In this document: one piece after another, positions 17,616-26,191 of the stretch
Layout of the letters: every line of letters begins with the position of its first letter
How positions within the stretch are numbered: position 1 is the first letter of the stretch
Source of the DNA: Trichlorobacter lovleyi SZ
GTDB taxonomy: Bacteria; Desulfobacterota; Desulfuromonadia; Geobacterales; Pseudopelobacteraceae
DNA: 32,000 nt
Assembly (NCBI RefSeq): GCF_000020385.1
Contig: NC_010814.1
Location: 3,360,001-3,392,000, forward strand
Direction: 5' to 3'
The notes under the pieces: model-generated
What the model was told of the DNA's origin: nothing
Seen by the model: only the letters and a program-made list of their open reading frames with translations
Databases searched by the model: none
Position numbers and translations under genes: made by a program

Positions 17616-19598
17616 TTATTGCTGTTCAGCTGACTGCAGATACTGCTCAATACCCAGTTTGGCCTGGGATGTTACCTGGCTGGCGACGTGCTTGACCTCT
17701 TCAGCCACAATGGCATCCATGTACCGCTCGACTACCTGATCGCCGCCCCCCTTTTTGCTCAGCAGCTCGGCTGCCTGCAGATAGCTGGCCTGACGATTTT
17801 GGAAGCGCGTAAGCACCAGGCGCCCCAACTCGGCAATCCCCTCATCAACCGCCTTCTCAAGCAGGACGGCATCGGAAGGCAATTCCATCGGATCAAAGGG
17901 GATATTGGCAAACTCAACCCCTTCAGAAAACTTGTCTTCCGCCTCTTTGCGGCTCTTGATCGTGGTGGTAATCACGACCTCCCCTGACTCCACATCAATC
18001 ACCCGGAATGAGAGTGCTACGTTGGCGGTTTTCTTGTGGGTACCGACCTTGTATTTCACTGTCTCACGGATCTCTTCCTTCATCAGTGCCGGCGGTGCCA
18101 GGGCCATCTCCTTCTCGTTGGGAGACGGATGGCTCAAAAGCCAGCTCTGGTAGGCCGGATTGGGAACCTGCTTGGTGGCCACCACCACGTTGACCATCTT
18201 GGAACCTTCTTCAGCACTTTTTTCCACATTGTACTGCAGTACGCTACCGAAGATAAAAATGTCCGTTCCCTTTAACTTACCGGTCTTTTTGGCGCTTTCG
18301 ATGTCATAGAGGCCGGCTTGACCAAACTCGATCTCCTTGATGATGGCCCCCAGCACGTCCCTGGCCAGAATCTTGACATCGCTGCTAGCGTTCTTGGTCA
18401 TATAGGAAAGCAGACTGTCGGTTACCAGCTTACCGGCATCAGTACTGTTCGTTGGAGGCGAAAAATCCATCACCGCAATTTTTTTAACCACCCGTTGCCG
18501 CAGCCTGTCTTTGAGGGTCTGTAACCGCTGCTGGCTTTCACGATCGCCACCTCCCAGCCGTATCGACAGATCAAGCCAGTACCAGGCATTGCCCAGCAAG
18601 CCCGTTGTTTCCATTTCCTGGGATTTTGCAGCCATATCTGCTGCAAGCTGTTTACGCAGGTCCGCCGCCTCCGCCTCTTTCATGAAGGCAGGAGAGAACT
18701 GCCGCCCTGCCTGTAACGACAGGTAGGCGGTATAGAACTGCTTCTTGCTGGTCTGAACCATCCCCTGCTGTAACATTTTTTGCGCACCCTGACGCCGCAA
18801 TTCGGTCATTTTCGTCTGCAGCACCTGATCCGGGCTCAGCAGTTCCGCCTTACCCAGATAGCCTGCGACCTGGAGCCACTTCCCCTGCTTGGCGCTCTGC
18901 TCGGCCTTCCCAAACCAGACACTGGCGGTATTTTTGACCTTGGCATCCTTCAGCAATCCGGCAATTTGCTGATTAGCCGGTTGAATCGCCAGTGCCTGTT
19001 CCAGATTGACAATCATCGCATCCAGGTCATCAGCAGTCCGCAGCTGCTCAGCCTGTTTCAGGTAATATCCAAGCGCGGCGTTTTCTGTCTGGGGCAGCTT
19101 GATCATCAGATCCAGATAGCCGGGGTAGAACTGGCGGATCTCCCGCAGCTTGTTGATGGCCGTTGGCCAGTCCTTCAGATCCGCAGCTTTGGTTGAGGCA
19201 GCATATAACGCTTCAGCTCTTTTCAGCAGGGCATCCATCTGGGACTTGACACTGCTCGCCAGCACCTTTGCATCATTATTGTGGGGGTCAGCCTTAAGCG
19301 CCTTGTCAACATCCAGCTGAGCGGTACGCAGCTGATCATAGGTGATCTCGGCGCCTTGCAGCCGCTTGTGGCCCTGCTCAACAAAACGGGCGGCGGCACC
19401 GGAGCGGGCACTGGCCAGGACTGCCCGGTACTCCTGATTATCCTGTTCTTTGACAATCGCATCTTCGTACAGGGTAATGGCCTCATCAACCCGCCCCTGA
19501 CGTTCCAGTTGTCGGCCAAGCTCAAAGCTCTCCTTGCCGGGATTGTTACAACCGGTAAGCAATACCACTATACCAAGTACCAACAGTATCCGTTTCAT
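17616..19598 (-). CDS. Lipoprotein with N-terminal TPR-like repeats (~350 aa) and a C-terminal CsgG-like module
   Basis: Lipobox LLTGC (Cys17). TPR-like helices (GRVDEAITLYEDAIVKEQDNQEY etc.). Residues ~370-600 read KKIAVMDFSP...ILARDVLGAIIKEIEFGQ...GTDIFIFGSVLQY...VALSFRVIDVESGEVV, which is the CsgG-family pattern. ATGA overlap with the upstream gene. Confidence 0.75.
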   Translation of the reverse strand: MKRILLVLGIVVLLTGCNNPGKESFELGRQLERQGRVDEAITLYEDAIVKEQDNQEYRAVLASARSGAAARFVEQGHKRLQGAEITYDQLRTAQLDVDKALKADPHNNDAKVLASSVKSQMDALLKRAEALYAASTKAADLKDWPTAINKLREIRQFYPGYLDLMIKLPQTENAALGYYLKQAEQLRTADDLDAMIVNLEQALAIQPANQQIAGLLKDAKVKNTASVWFGKAEQSAKQGKWLQVAGYLGKAELLSPDQVLQTKMTELRRQGAQKMLQQGMVQTSKKQFYTAYLSLQAGRQFSPAFMKEAEAADLRKQLAADMAAKSQEMETTGLLGNAWYWLDLSIRLGGGDRESQQRLQTLKDRLRQRVVKKIAVMDFSPPTNSTDAGKLVTDSLLSYMTKNASSDVKILARDVLGAIIKEIEFGQAGLYDIESAKKTGKLKGTDIFIFGSVLQYNVEKSAEEGSKMVNVVVATKQVPNPAYQSWLLSHPSPNEKEMALAPPALMKEEIRETVKYKVGTHKKTANVALSFRVIDVESGEVVITTTIKSRKEAEDKFSEGVEFANIPFDPMELPSDAVLLEKAVDEGIAELGRLVLTRFQNRQASYLQAAELLSKKGGGDQVVERYMDAIVAEEVKHVASQVTSQAKLGIEQYLQSAEQQ

Positions 19599-20791
19599 TT
19601 TACGCGCCCTCCTTTACTGGGGCGACCCTGCCACCTGGCCTGCACCTGCCCCGCTGAATAGCCGATAATCTTCAGTGAATCCTGCTCCAGCCCCAATGCG
19701 GCCAGCTCATCAATCACTTCCCTGAATCCACCAGTCACCTCGAGATCCAGACGCAGTTGCTGATCCCGATAGCCTCGGTCATGCACCTCTTCAATCTGCC
19801 CCACCTGCTCCTTCAAGGCATCCTGCAAGCGCTTGATATCTGTCTGGGGAATCATACTCACCGTCATACGCAATGTTCTCAAACCGGTCAGCCGCTTGGT
19901 CCAGGCCGCAATCATCTGACGTTGCAACCCCTCGCTCAACTCTGCGGCCGCCTTTTCAAAGGCTTCACTGGTTGCGGTCGCCGGATTGACATGCAGGGCC
20001 TGCTGTGTCGCGGTCACAGTGGCCAGCAGCTCCCCGCTGTCCACCTCAACGGCACGACAGGTAACCGTTACCTGCACCGGACGCAGATTGGTTCCGCTTA
20101 AGGCAGAGGTCGACCGGGCAGTGGCACGGCCGACAATCACAATTTCCGCCCCGCCTGCTGCGGCAGCACGAACCACGGCATCAGTCTGATCTCCCTGCTT
20201 GTTGACCGCTTCATGTTGCACTGCCAGCATGGCCTGACGATCAACCAGGGCATAGCCCCGCTTGCCCAGGCTTGAGACAAGACCGTTCTCCACCACACCG
20301 CCCGGAATGGCATTGCCAAAACCGTTCTGTTCCATCACCACCACGGCAATCCGTGGTTTTCCCATTTTTTTGATCAACAGGCCGGCATTATCCAGTCCCT
20401 GTTCCAGTTTATGGCGGGAAACCGAAGCAAAAACCAGGATACGAAAGGCATCGCCATCCACCTTTTCACCAAGAATCCGGTAGGTTTTGATGAACCCCTT
20501 ACTCTTGGAAAAGATTTTATCGTTCAGCAGCTCCGAATCCTTGACCACCGTCTTCGACTCAAGTGCCACCCCCACAACCTGCTCGACAGCCCGTCTAAAG
20601 GCATTCTGCAGGGCCGCCTCGCGGGCCAGATCCTTGCGGTCCGCCACAATGGTGGCATACCCTTCAACCTCGACAACACCGGTTTGCTGATCTGCGGCGG
20701 CCATTCCCGCCGACAGTATCACAGCCAAAGAGAGCCCCAAGAACCGCCTCAGCAGCACAGCTACAGCAGCCTGAACTGTTGTGTTTTTCAT
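19595..20791 (-). CDS. Exported LPP20/FlgT-N-like protein with a CsgG/FlgT-M-like middle module and an uncharacterised C-terminal domain
   Basis: Start placed at ATG 20791, because the AAGGAG SD at 20799-20804 lies between it and the track ATG at 20809. Signal peptide ends ...SAGMAAA-DQ. VVEVEGYATIVADRKDLAREAALQNAFRRAVEQVVG is LPP20/FlgT_N-like. PRIAVVVMEQN...LVDRQAMLAV...GAEIVIVGRA...CRAVEVDSGELL is CsgG-like. Confidence 0.65.
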   Translation of the reverse strand: MKNTTVQAAVAVLLRRFLGLSLAVILSAGMAAADQQTGVVEVEGYATIVADRKDLAREAALQNAFRRAVEQVVGVALESKTVVKDSELLNDKIFSKSKGFIKTYRILGEKVDGDAFRILVFASVSRHKLEQGLDNAGLLIKKMGKPRIAVVVMEQNGFGNAIPGGVVENGLVSSLGKRGYALVDRQAMLAVQHEAVNKQGDQTDAVVRAAAAGGAEIVIVGRATARSTSALSGTNLRPVQVTVTCRAVEVDSGELLATVTATQQALHVNPATATSEAFEKAAAELSEGLQRQMIAAWTKRLTGLRTLRMTVSMIPQTDIKRLQDALKEQVGQIEEVHDRGYRDQQLRLDLEVTGGFREVIDELAALGLEQDSLKIIGYSAGQVQARWQGRPSKGGRVK

Positions 20792-20839
20792 GGGTCTTCT
20801 CCTTTCCATCTACGCCGGCAAGCACCGGGAATCTGTGTA

Positions 20840-21304
20840 TTATTTCTCAAACAACTGCCTGATCAGATCACTCCGGTATCCGCGACGCTGCAAAAACCCG
20901 GCTACCCGCCGCAACTGTCGTTCATCAGCTGCCTGCGGATCAAACCCGGCATAACGGCGTTCAACCAGATGACGGGCACGTTCCAGCTCATCGCCATCAG
21001 CGGGTGATTCCCGCAAAACCTGATCAATCAGTTCCGGCGGTACTCCGCGGCGGCGTAACTCCTGCTGCAGGCGATAGCCGGTAAAACTCCCGTTCTGCCT
21101 CACTGCGGCTACCAGACGCTCGGCATAGCGCTGATCCTGCAGGTAACCTTCCCGGATCAGCCGTTCAACCGCCTGCTGCGCTTCTTCGGCAGCAAACCGT
21201 TTTTGTTGCAACTTACGTCGAAGGGCTGCACAGGTGTAATCCCGGCCGGTCAGCAGCCTGAGCGCTGCCAGATAGCAATCGCTGGGCTGGTTAGAACCGG
21301 TCAA
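20840..21304 (-). CDS. recX: Recombination regulator RecX
   Basis: 154 aa of repeated three-helix motifs: YLAALRLLTGRDYTCAALRRKLQQKRF..., GYLQDQRYAERL, and ELRRRGVPPELIDQVL. Located in the recA neighbourhood. Confidence 0.85.
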   Translation of the reverse strand: MTGSNQPSDCYLAALRLLTGRDYTCAALRRKLQQKRFAAEEAQQAVERLIREGYLQDQRYAERLVAAVRQNGSFTGYRLQQELRRRGVPPELIDQVLRESPADGDELERARHLVERRYAGFDPQAADERQLRRVAGFLQRRGYRSDLIRQLFEK

Positions 21305-22454
21305 CGTCGAGTTTTTCCTCTTTCAGCACCTCGTCAACCTTCTCATCCTTGTTATCAAAATTATCCCAGGTTGCATCAGAAGTAGATGAGATACCGGAAA
21401 CCTTGAGGGCAAAATCATCCGGATTGGAACTTTGCCGCAGCGCCTCTTCATACGTAATCAGCTTTGAGGTGAACAGCTTCATCAAGGACTGGTCAAAGGT
21501 CTGCATGCCATAGGAGACAAAGCCCTGTGCAATGGCATCCTTGATCTGCTTGGTCTTGTCCTTGTCGTCAATACACTCTTTCACCCGCGCAGTCCCCAGC
21601 AGCACTTCAACGGCGGGAACACGTCCCTTGCCATCGGCCCGCGGTACCAGGCGCTGAGAGATAATTCCCTTGATGATACTGGCCATCTGAATCCGCACCT
21701 GACGCTGGTGGTAGGGCGGGAAGACCGAGATAATCCGGTTGATGGTCTCAGGTGCATCCATGGTATGCAGGGTTGACATCACCAAATGGCCGGTCTCGGC
21801 GGCGGTCATGGCGGTTTCGATGGTCTCGTAGTCCCGCATCTCGCCCACCAGGATCACGTCCGGGTCCTGACGCAAGGCCCCCTTCAACGCACTTGAGAAA
21901 GTCGGCGTATCGGTACCCACCTCCCGCTGGCTGATAATACACTTGTTATCGCGATGCAGAAACTCCACCGGGTCCTCAATCGTGATGATGTTACAGGTCC
22001 GGTGGTTGTTGATATGATCGATCATGGCTGCCAGCGTGGACGATTTACCGGAGCCGGTGGTACCGGTCACCAGGATCAGCCCCCGTTCTTCAAGGCAGAG
22101 CTTCTGCAATACCGGTGGCAGATTCAGCTCCTCCATGGTCGGAATCTTCATCGAAATGGCCCGGAAGACCAGCGCAATAGTCCCCCGCTGTCGATAGCAG
22201 GCCACCCGGAAACGCCCCAGGCCCGGCACCGCATAGGCCATATCCACCTCGGAGTTCTCCTCGAAGATCCTCCGCTGGCGGTCATTCATCATCATGTTGG
22301 CGATGCTGCTGACCACATCAGGCCCCAGACGCTGGGCATTGGGGATCGGGTGCAGCTTGCCGTCAATCCGTACAATAGGCGGCAGACCGGTCTTGATATG
22401 TATATCTGAACCGCGCGCCTTGACGGCAATCGTGAGAATTTCGTTCAGCTCCAC
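21291..22454 (-). CDS. PilT/PilU-family type IV pilus retraction ATPase (PilU-like C-terminus; lacks the AIRNLIRE motif)
   Basis: 387 aa, GTG start with GGAGG SD. Walker A GTTGSGKSST, Walker B ILVGEMRD, His box GHLVMSTLHT. The C-terminus GMQTFDQSL...ITYEEALR resembles PilU as I remember it. Its 3' end overlaps the recX start by 14 nt. Confidence 0.88.
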   Translation of the reverse strand: MELNEILTIAVKARGSDIHIKTGLPPIVRIDGKLHPIPNAQRLGPDVVSSIANMMMNDRQRRIFEENSEVDMAYAVPGLGRFRVACYRQRGTIALVFRAISMKIPTMEELNLPPVLQKLCLEERGLILVTGTTGSGKSSTLAAMIDHINNHRTCNIITIEDPVEFLHRDNKCIISQREVGTDTPTFSSALKGALRQDPDVILVGEMRDYETIETAMTAAETGHLVMSTLHTMDAPETINRIISVFPPYHQRQVRIQMASIIKGIISQRLVPRADGKGRVPAVEVLLGTARVKECIDDKDKTKQIKDAIAQGFVSYGMQTFDQSLMKLFTSKLITYEEALRQSSNPDDFALKVSGISSTSDATWDNFDNKDEKVDEVLKEEKLDVDRF

Positions 22455-22481
22455 AGGGCACCTCCGAAATCCTGGTTGGTA

Positions 22482-23492
22482 TTATTCAGCTTTTTCTTCC
22501 TTGGGTGCTGGTTTGATCAGTTCCATCAACCTGGCCTCAATCTCTGCCAGCATGACCGGATTTTCCTTCAGGAACTGACGGGAGTTTTCGCGACCTTGTC
22601 CGATCCGCTCTTTATTGTAGGAGAACCAGGCCCCGCTCTTGTCGATGATATTGCGATCCACCGCCAGATCCAGCACATCACCGGTACGGGAGATTCCTTC
22701 ACCATAGAGGATATCAAACTCGGCCTCTTTAAAAGGTGGTGCGACCTTGTTCTTAACCACTTTGACCCTGGTACGGGAACCGATCACCTGATCCCCCTGC
22801 TTAAGGGTTGCGATCTTGCGGATGTCGAGCCTGACCGAGGCATAGAATTTCAATGCGTTACCACCGGTGGTGGTCTCCGGGTTACCAAACATCACACCGA
22901 TCTTCATCCTGATCTGGTTGATAAAGATCACGCAGCAGTTGGATTTGGAGATAATGCCGGTTAGTTTGCGCAACGCCTGTGACATCAGACGGGCCTGCAG
23001 ACCGACATGGGAGTCCCCCATCTCACCCTCGATCTCGGCCTTGGGTACCAGAGCCGCAACCGAGTCAATCACCAGCACGTCAATGGCACCGCTCCGTACC
23101 AGCGTTTCGGCAATCTCAAGCGCCTGTTCTCCGGTGTCCGGCTGGGAAACCAGCAGGTCATCGGTCTTTACCCCCAGCTTGCGGGCATAATTGATATCCA
23201 GGGCATGCTCTGCATCCACAAAAGCCGCAATACCGCCGCTTTTCTGGGCTTCAGCCACAATATGCAGGGCCAGGGTGGTCTTGCCGGAAGATTCAGGGCC
23301 ATAGACCTCAATTACCCGGCCGCGGGGCACACCGCCCACCCCCAGGGCCAGATCGAGAGATATGGCTCCGGTTGAGATCGACTCTACACCGGGCAGCACC
23401 TCATCATTGCCGAGTCGCATGATGGCGCCTTTGCCAAACTGCTTTTCAATCTGGGAAAGTGCCAGCTCTATGGCCTTGTTTTTATCACTCAC
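22482..23492 (-). CDS. recA: Recombinase RecA
   Basis: Walker [13 protein letters not shown] and loop motifs. The N-terminus [24 protein letters not shown] aligns with the start of the RecA family. I chose the GTG at 23492, preceded by AAGGAGG with a 7-nt spacer (336 aa). The longest-ORF GTG at 23546 has no SD. Confidence 0.96.
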   Translation of the reverse strand: MSDKNKAIELALSQIEKQFGKGAIMRLGNDEVLPGVESISTGAISLDLALGVGGVPRGRVIEVYGPESSGKTTLALHIVAEAQKSGGIAAFVDAEHALDINYARKLGVKTDDLLVSQPDTGEQALEIAETLVRSGAIDVLVIDSVAALVPKAEIEGEMGDSHVGLQARLMSQALRKLTGIISKSNCCVIFINQIRMKIGVMFGNPETTTGGNALKFYASVRLDIRKIATLKQGDQVIGSRTRVKVVKNKVAPPFKEAEFDILYGEGISRTGDVLDLAVDRNIIDKSGAWFSYNKERIGQGRENSRQFLKENPVMLAEIEARLMELIKPAPKEEKAE

Positions 23493-23582
23493 AGGAGTAC
23501 CTCCTTGGTACGGAAAAAGTTTGGAAAGAGTTGCGAAACGTACCACATCAAAACAGTCAGCGGCAAGCTAATTTGGGGCAAT

Positions 23583-24065
23583 TCAGGCCGTTTCAGGCAC
23601 TACAAGCCGCTTTTTCAGCAAAAAAAGCGCCTGTTCCGTGGTTTGCAGCCGAACCGACTCACGTCCGCCCTGAAACTGGTACCGATCCGTCACACAGCCA
23701 TCATGATCAGCAAGGGCGATGTAGACCGTCCCGACCGGTTTTTCCAGGGTACCGCCATCTGGTCCGGCAATACCGGTAACCGCCAGAGCCAGATCGCTAC
23801 CGATTACCCTGCGAGCCCCCTCTGCCATGGCCCGGGCAACCGCTTCACTCACCGCACCATGCTGTTCAAGAAGCCCGCCGGGAACCTGCAACAACTGCTG
23901 TTTTATATCATTGTGGTAGGCCACGACCCCCCCTCTGAACCAGGCGGAACAGCCGGAGATTGTAGTAACCCGTTCTGCAATCATACCACCGGTGCAGGAC
24001 TCTGCCAGGGCCAGGGTCATACCGGAGGCAAGAAACCGTGTTGCCAGCTCCTGCTCAGCGCTCAT
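23583..24065 (-). CDS. pncC: CinA C-terminal-domain protein / nicotinamide-nucleotide amidohydrolase (PncC type)
   Basis: 160 aa from ATG 24065. [38 protein letters not shown] is the PncC/CinA_C signature. Overlaps the larC stop by 11 nt. The classical cinA-recA adjacency is present. Confidence 0.85.
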
Positions 24066-25239
24066 GGCAATACTCCCTACGGACGATCTGCTGCACCTTG
24101 CGCAATGCAAGCCCCCGTTCGCGGGCAATCCGACAACAGTCTTCATATTCTGGCTTACTGCCCTGCTGGCTGATCTTGAATCTTACTGTCCCCAGCGAGG
24201 TCTGACACACCTCAATCCGGCGCTGCTGCACAAGGCGCTGCATCTGCTGCAGCCGCACCCCCAAGGTACCGGTTTCTTTCATCACCAGTTGCACCATCCG
24301 GTCCTTCTGCTCAGGCCGGCAGAGTAGCGACAGCATCTGACCAGGCCGCTGCTTCTTCATCTGGATCGGCGTATGCCAGACATCCAGCGCCCCGGCCGCA
24401 AACAGTTGCTCCATGGTGTACCCCAGCTGCTCAGGAGTAACATCATCCAGATTGCAGCTCAGCTCAAGTATGGTCTCATGATCGGCCTGTTCTGGCAGTT
24501 CTCCCAGGAAACCGCGCAGGATGTTGGGGACATCCGCAAAATCCCTGCTCCCGGCTCCATGACCAACCTGTGAGATAATCATATGTGGCATGTTTGTAAC
24601 CGGTTCTGCCAGGGCAGCCAGAATAGCCGCACCAGTAGGAGTTACCCGTTCCCCAGCTCCGCAATCGGCATGAACCGCCAGACCTTTCAGCAACTCCGCC
24701 GTTGCCGGCGCCGGTACCGGCAGACGGCCATGGGCGGTCTGCACAAAACCACCGCCCAGCGGTACTGCGGAACAGTAGACCCTATCCACCTTCAGCCAGT
24801 CCAGACCAATCGCCGTCCCCACAATATCCACTATGCTGTCAACCGCCCCCACTTCATGGAACTGCACCTGATCCACTGCCACCTGATGTGCTTTGGCTTC
24901 GGCCTCGGCCAGTTGCATAAAGATCTGTTGTGACAGATCCTTCACGCGGCCGGCAAGACTACTTGCAGCGATCATCTGCCTGATATCGGCATAACTCCGG
25001 TGATCGTGGTGGTCATGACGATGATGTCCGTGTTGATGGGGCAGATGTACCACAAAATGCCTGCCGGTCATGCCACCGCGTTGGACCTGTTCGTCACTCA
25101 GCACAAAGGCTTCATGCGGCAAACCAAGCCTGCCCAGCTCATTGTTCAGATGGGTTAACGGCACACCGAGATCCAGCAGGACGGCCACCGTCATATCACC
25201 GGCAATACCGGCGGTAGCATCAAAGTAGAGGATACGCAT
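24055..25239 (-). CDS. larC: Nickel-pincer cofactor biosynthesis protein LarC (nickel insertion)
   Basis: 394 aa with N-terminal [16 protein letters not shown], a His-rich tract [16 protein letters not shown], and a C-terminal DUF111-type region. Confidence 0.88.
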
Positions 25240-25240
25240 C

Positions 25241-25990
25241 TTAGACCCGATTCATCAGGCTGGCAGCACAGGCAGCGCCAAAGCCGTTATCAATATTCAC
25301 GACGGTGACTCCGCTGGCGCAGGAATTGAGCATTCCCAACAGCGCAGCAATACCGCCAAACGATGCACCATACCCCACCGAAGTAGGTACTGCAATGACC
25401 GGCCGATCAACCAGCCCTCCCACCACCGACGGAAGCGCCCCTTCCATCCCGGCTACCACGATTAACACAGTTGCCGCACGTAGCAGCTCCATGCGGGACA
25501 ACAGGCGATGAATCCCTGCCACTCCGACATCGCAGAGCAGCTCTGCCTGATTCCCCATAAAACGGGCCGTCACCAATGCCTCACTGGCCACCTGCAGATC
25601 TGAGGTACCGGCCGCCACAATCAGGATCGTACCACGCCCCTGCTCCCGCTTTGGTGTGGTTTCCAGGGTCAGGCAACGGGCCTCGGCATGGTAGAAGGAA
25701 CGTGGAAACACCGCCAGCAGCTCCACTGCCCGCACCTCCTCCAGCCGGGTTACCAGCACATTACTGCCCCGAGCCACCATCGCCTCCATAATCCGGCCGA
25801 TCTGTTCAACGGTCTTGCCCTGGCCGAATATCACCTCCGGTTGTCCTTGCCGCAGTACCCGATGATGATCAACCTGAGCAAACCCGAGATCTTCAAAAGG
25901 AAGATGGCGTAACCGTTCCAAACCCTGCTCCGGTGTTGTTGCCCCTGCCGCAACCGCCTGCAACAACGCCTGTAACTCCTCGAGAACCAT
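25241..25990 (-). CDS. larB: Nickel-pincer cofactor biosynthesis protein LarB (PurE-like NaAD carboxylase/hydrolase)
   Basis: 249 aa. [39 protein letters not shown] and [12 protein letters not shown] are PurE/LarB-type motifs. The stop lies 1 nt before the larC start. Confidence 0.85.
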
Positions 25991-26191
25991 CAGCAGCTCC
26001 TGTTCTGTTTCCCGTTTTATTGTGCCTGTCTCACTCTTATAACACGCTCCCTCTTTTTTTCCATCCGTACTGCACCGCCATTCAGTTTACTGATACGAAA
26101 ACAACATGTTATCCCACCAAAGCAGTAGACTTACCATTTGCTTTCTGCTACATCTTGATGACCAGAAACATCGGAAAGGAAGGACAGAAGA

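Noticed and set aside
15037-20839. Envelope module interpreted as a mobile genomic island
   Set aside because: There is no integrase, transposase, tRNA target or flanking direct repeat. Base composition and codon style look like those of the neighbouring genes, and the genes are translationally coupled to alaS. It may be an ancient insertion but is not a recognisable mobile element.
23493-23546. Longer recA ORF starting at GTG 23546 (adds [18 protein letters not shown])
   Set aside because: No SD precedes it, and the extra residues have no counterpart at RecA N-termini. The GTG at 23492 has a perfect AAGGAGG at optimal spacing.
23513-23582. SOS/LexA box upstream of recA
   Set aside because: There is no CTGT-N8-ACAG palindrome; CTGTTTTGATGTGGTA fails in the second half. 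I also saw no GGTT...ACC-type palindrome. The only inverted repeat (TGGTACG/CGTACCA) has a 26-nt spacer, which fits an RNA structure better than an operator.
24066-24146. Longer cinA/pncC ORF starting at 24146
   Set aside because: The extension lies inside the larC coding region and is Cys/Arg-rich. The PncC family begins near MSAEQELA..., so the ATG at 24065 was chosen.
24997-25047. His-rich, CAC/CAT-rich tract as a possible repeat or slippage site
   Set aside because: It encodes the [16 protein letters not shown] nickel-binding region that is characteristic of LarC proteins. It is in frame and is not a nucleotide tandem repeat.
25991-26191. Riboswitch, T-box or leucine leader peptide in the 200-nt divergent larB/leuC intergenic region
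   Set aside because: There is no Leu-rich mini-ORF with an SD, no terminator/antiterminator pair and no extended conserved-looking structure. Only weak promoter-like hexamers are present. These are TGTTATAAG on the minus strand at 26036-26044, and TAGACT-17-TACATC on the plus strand at 26126-26154. They are too weak to list as features.
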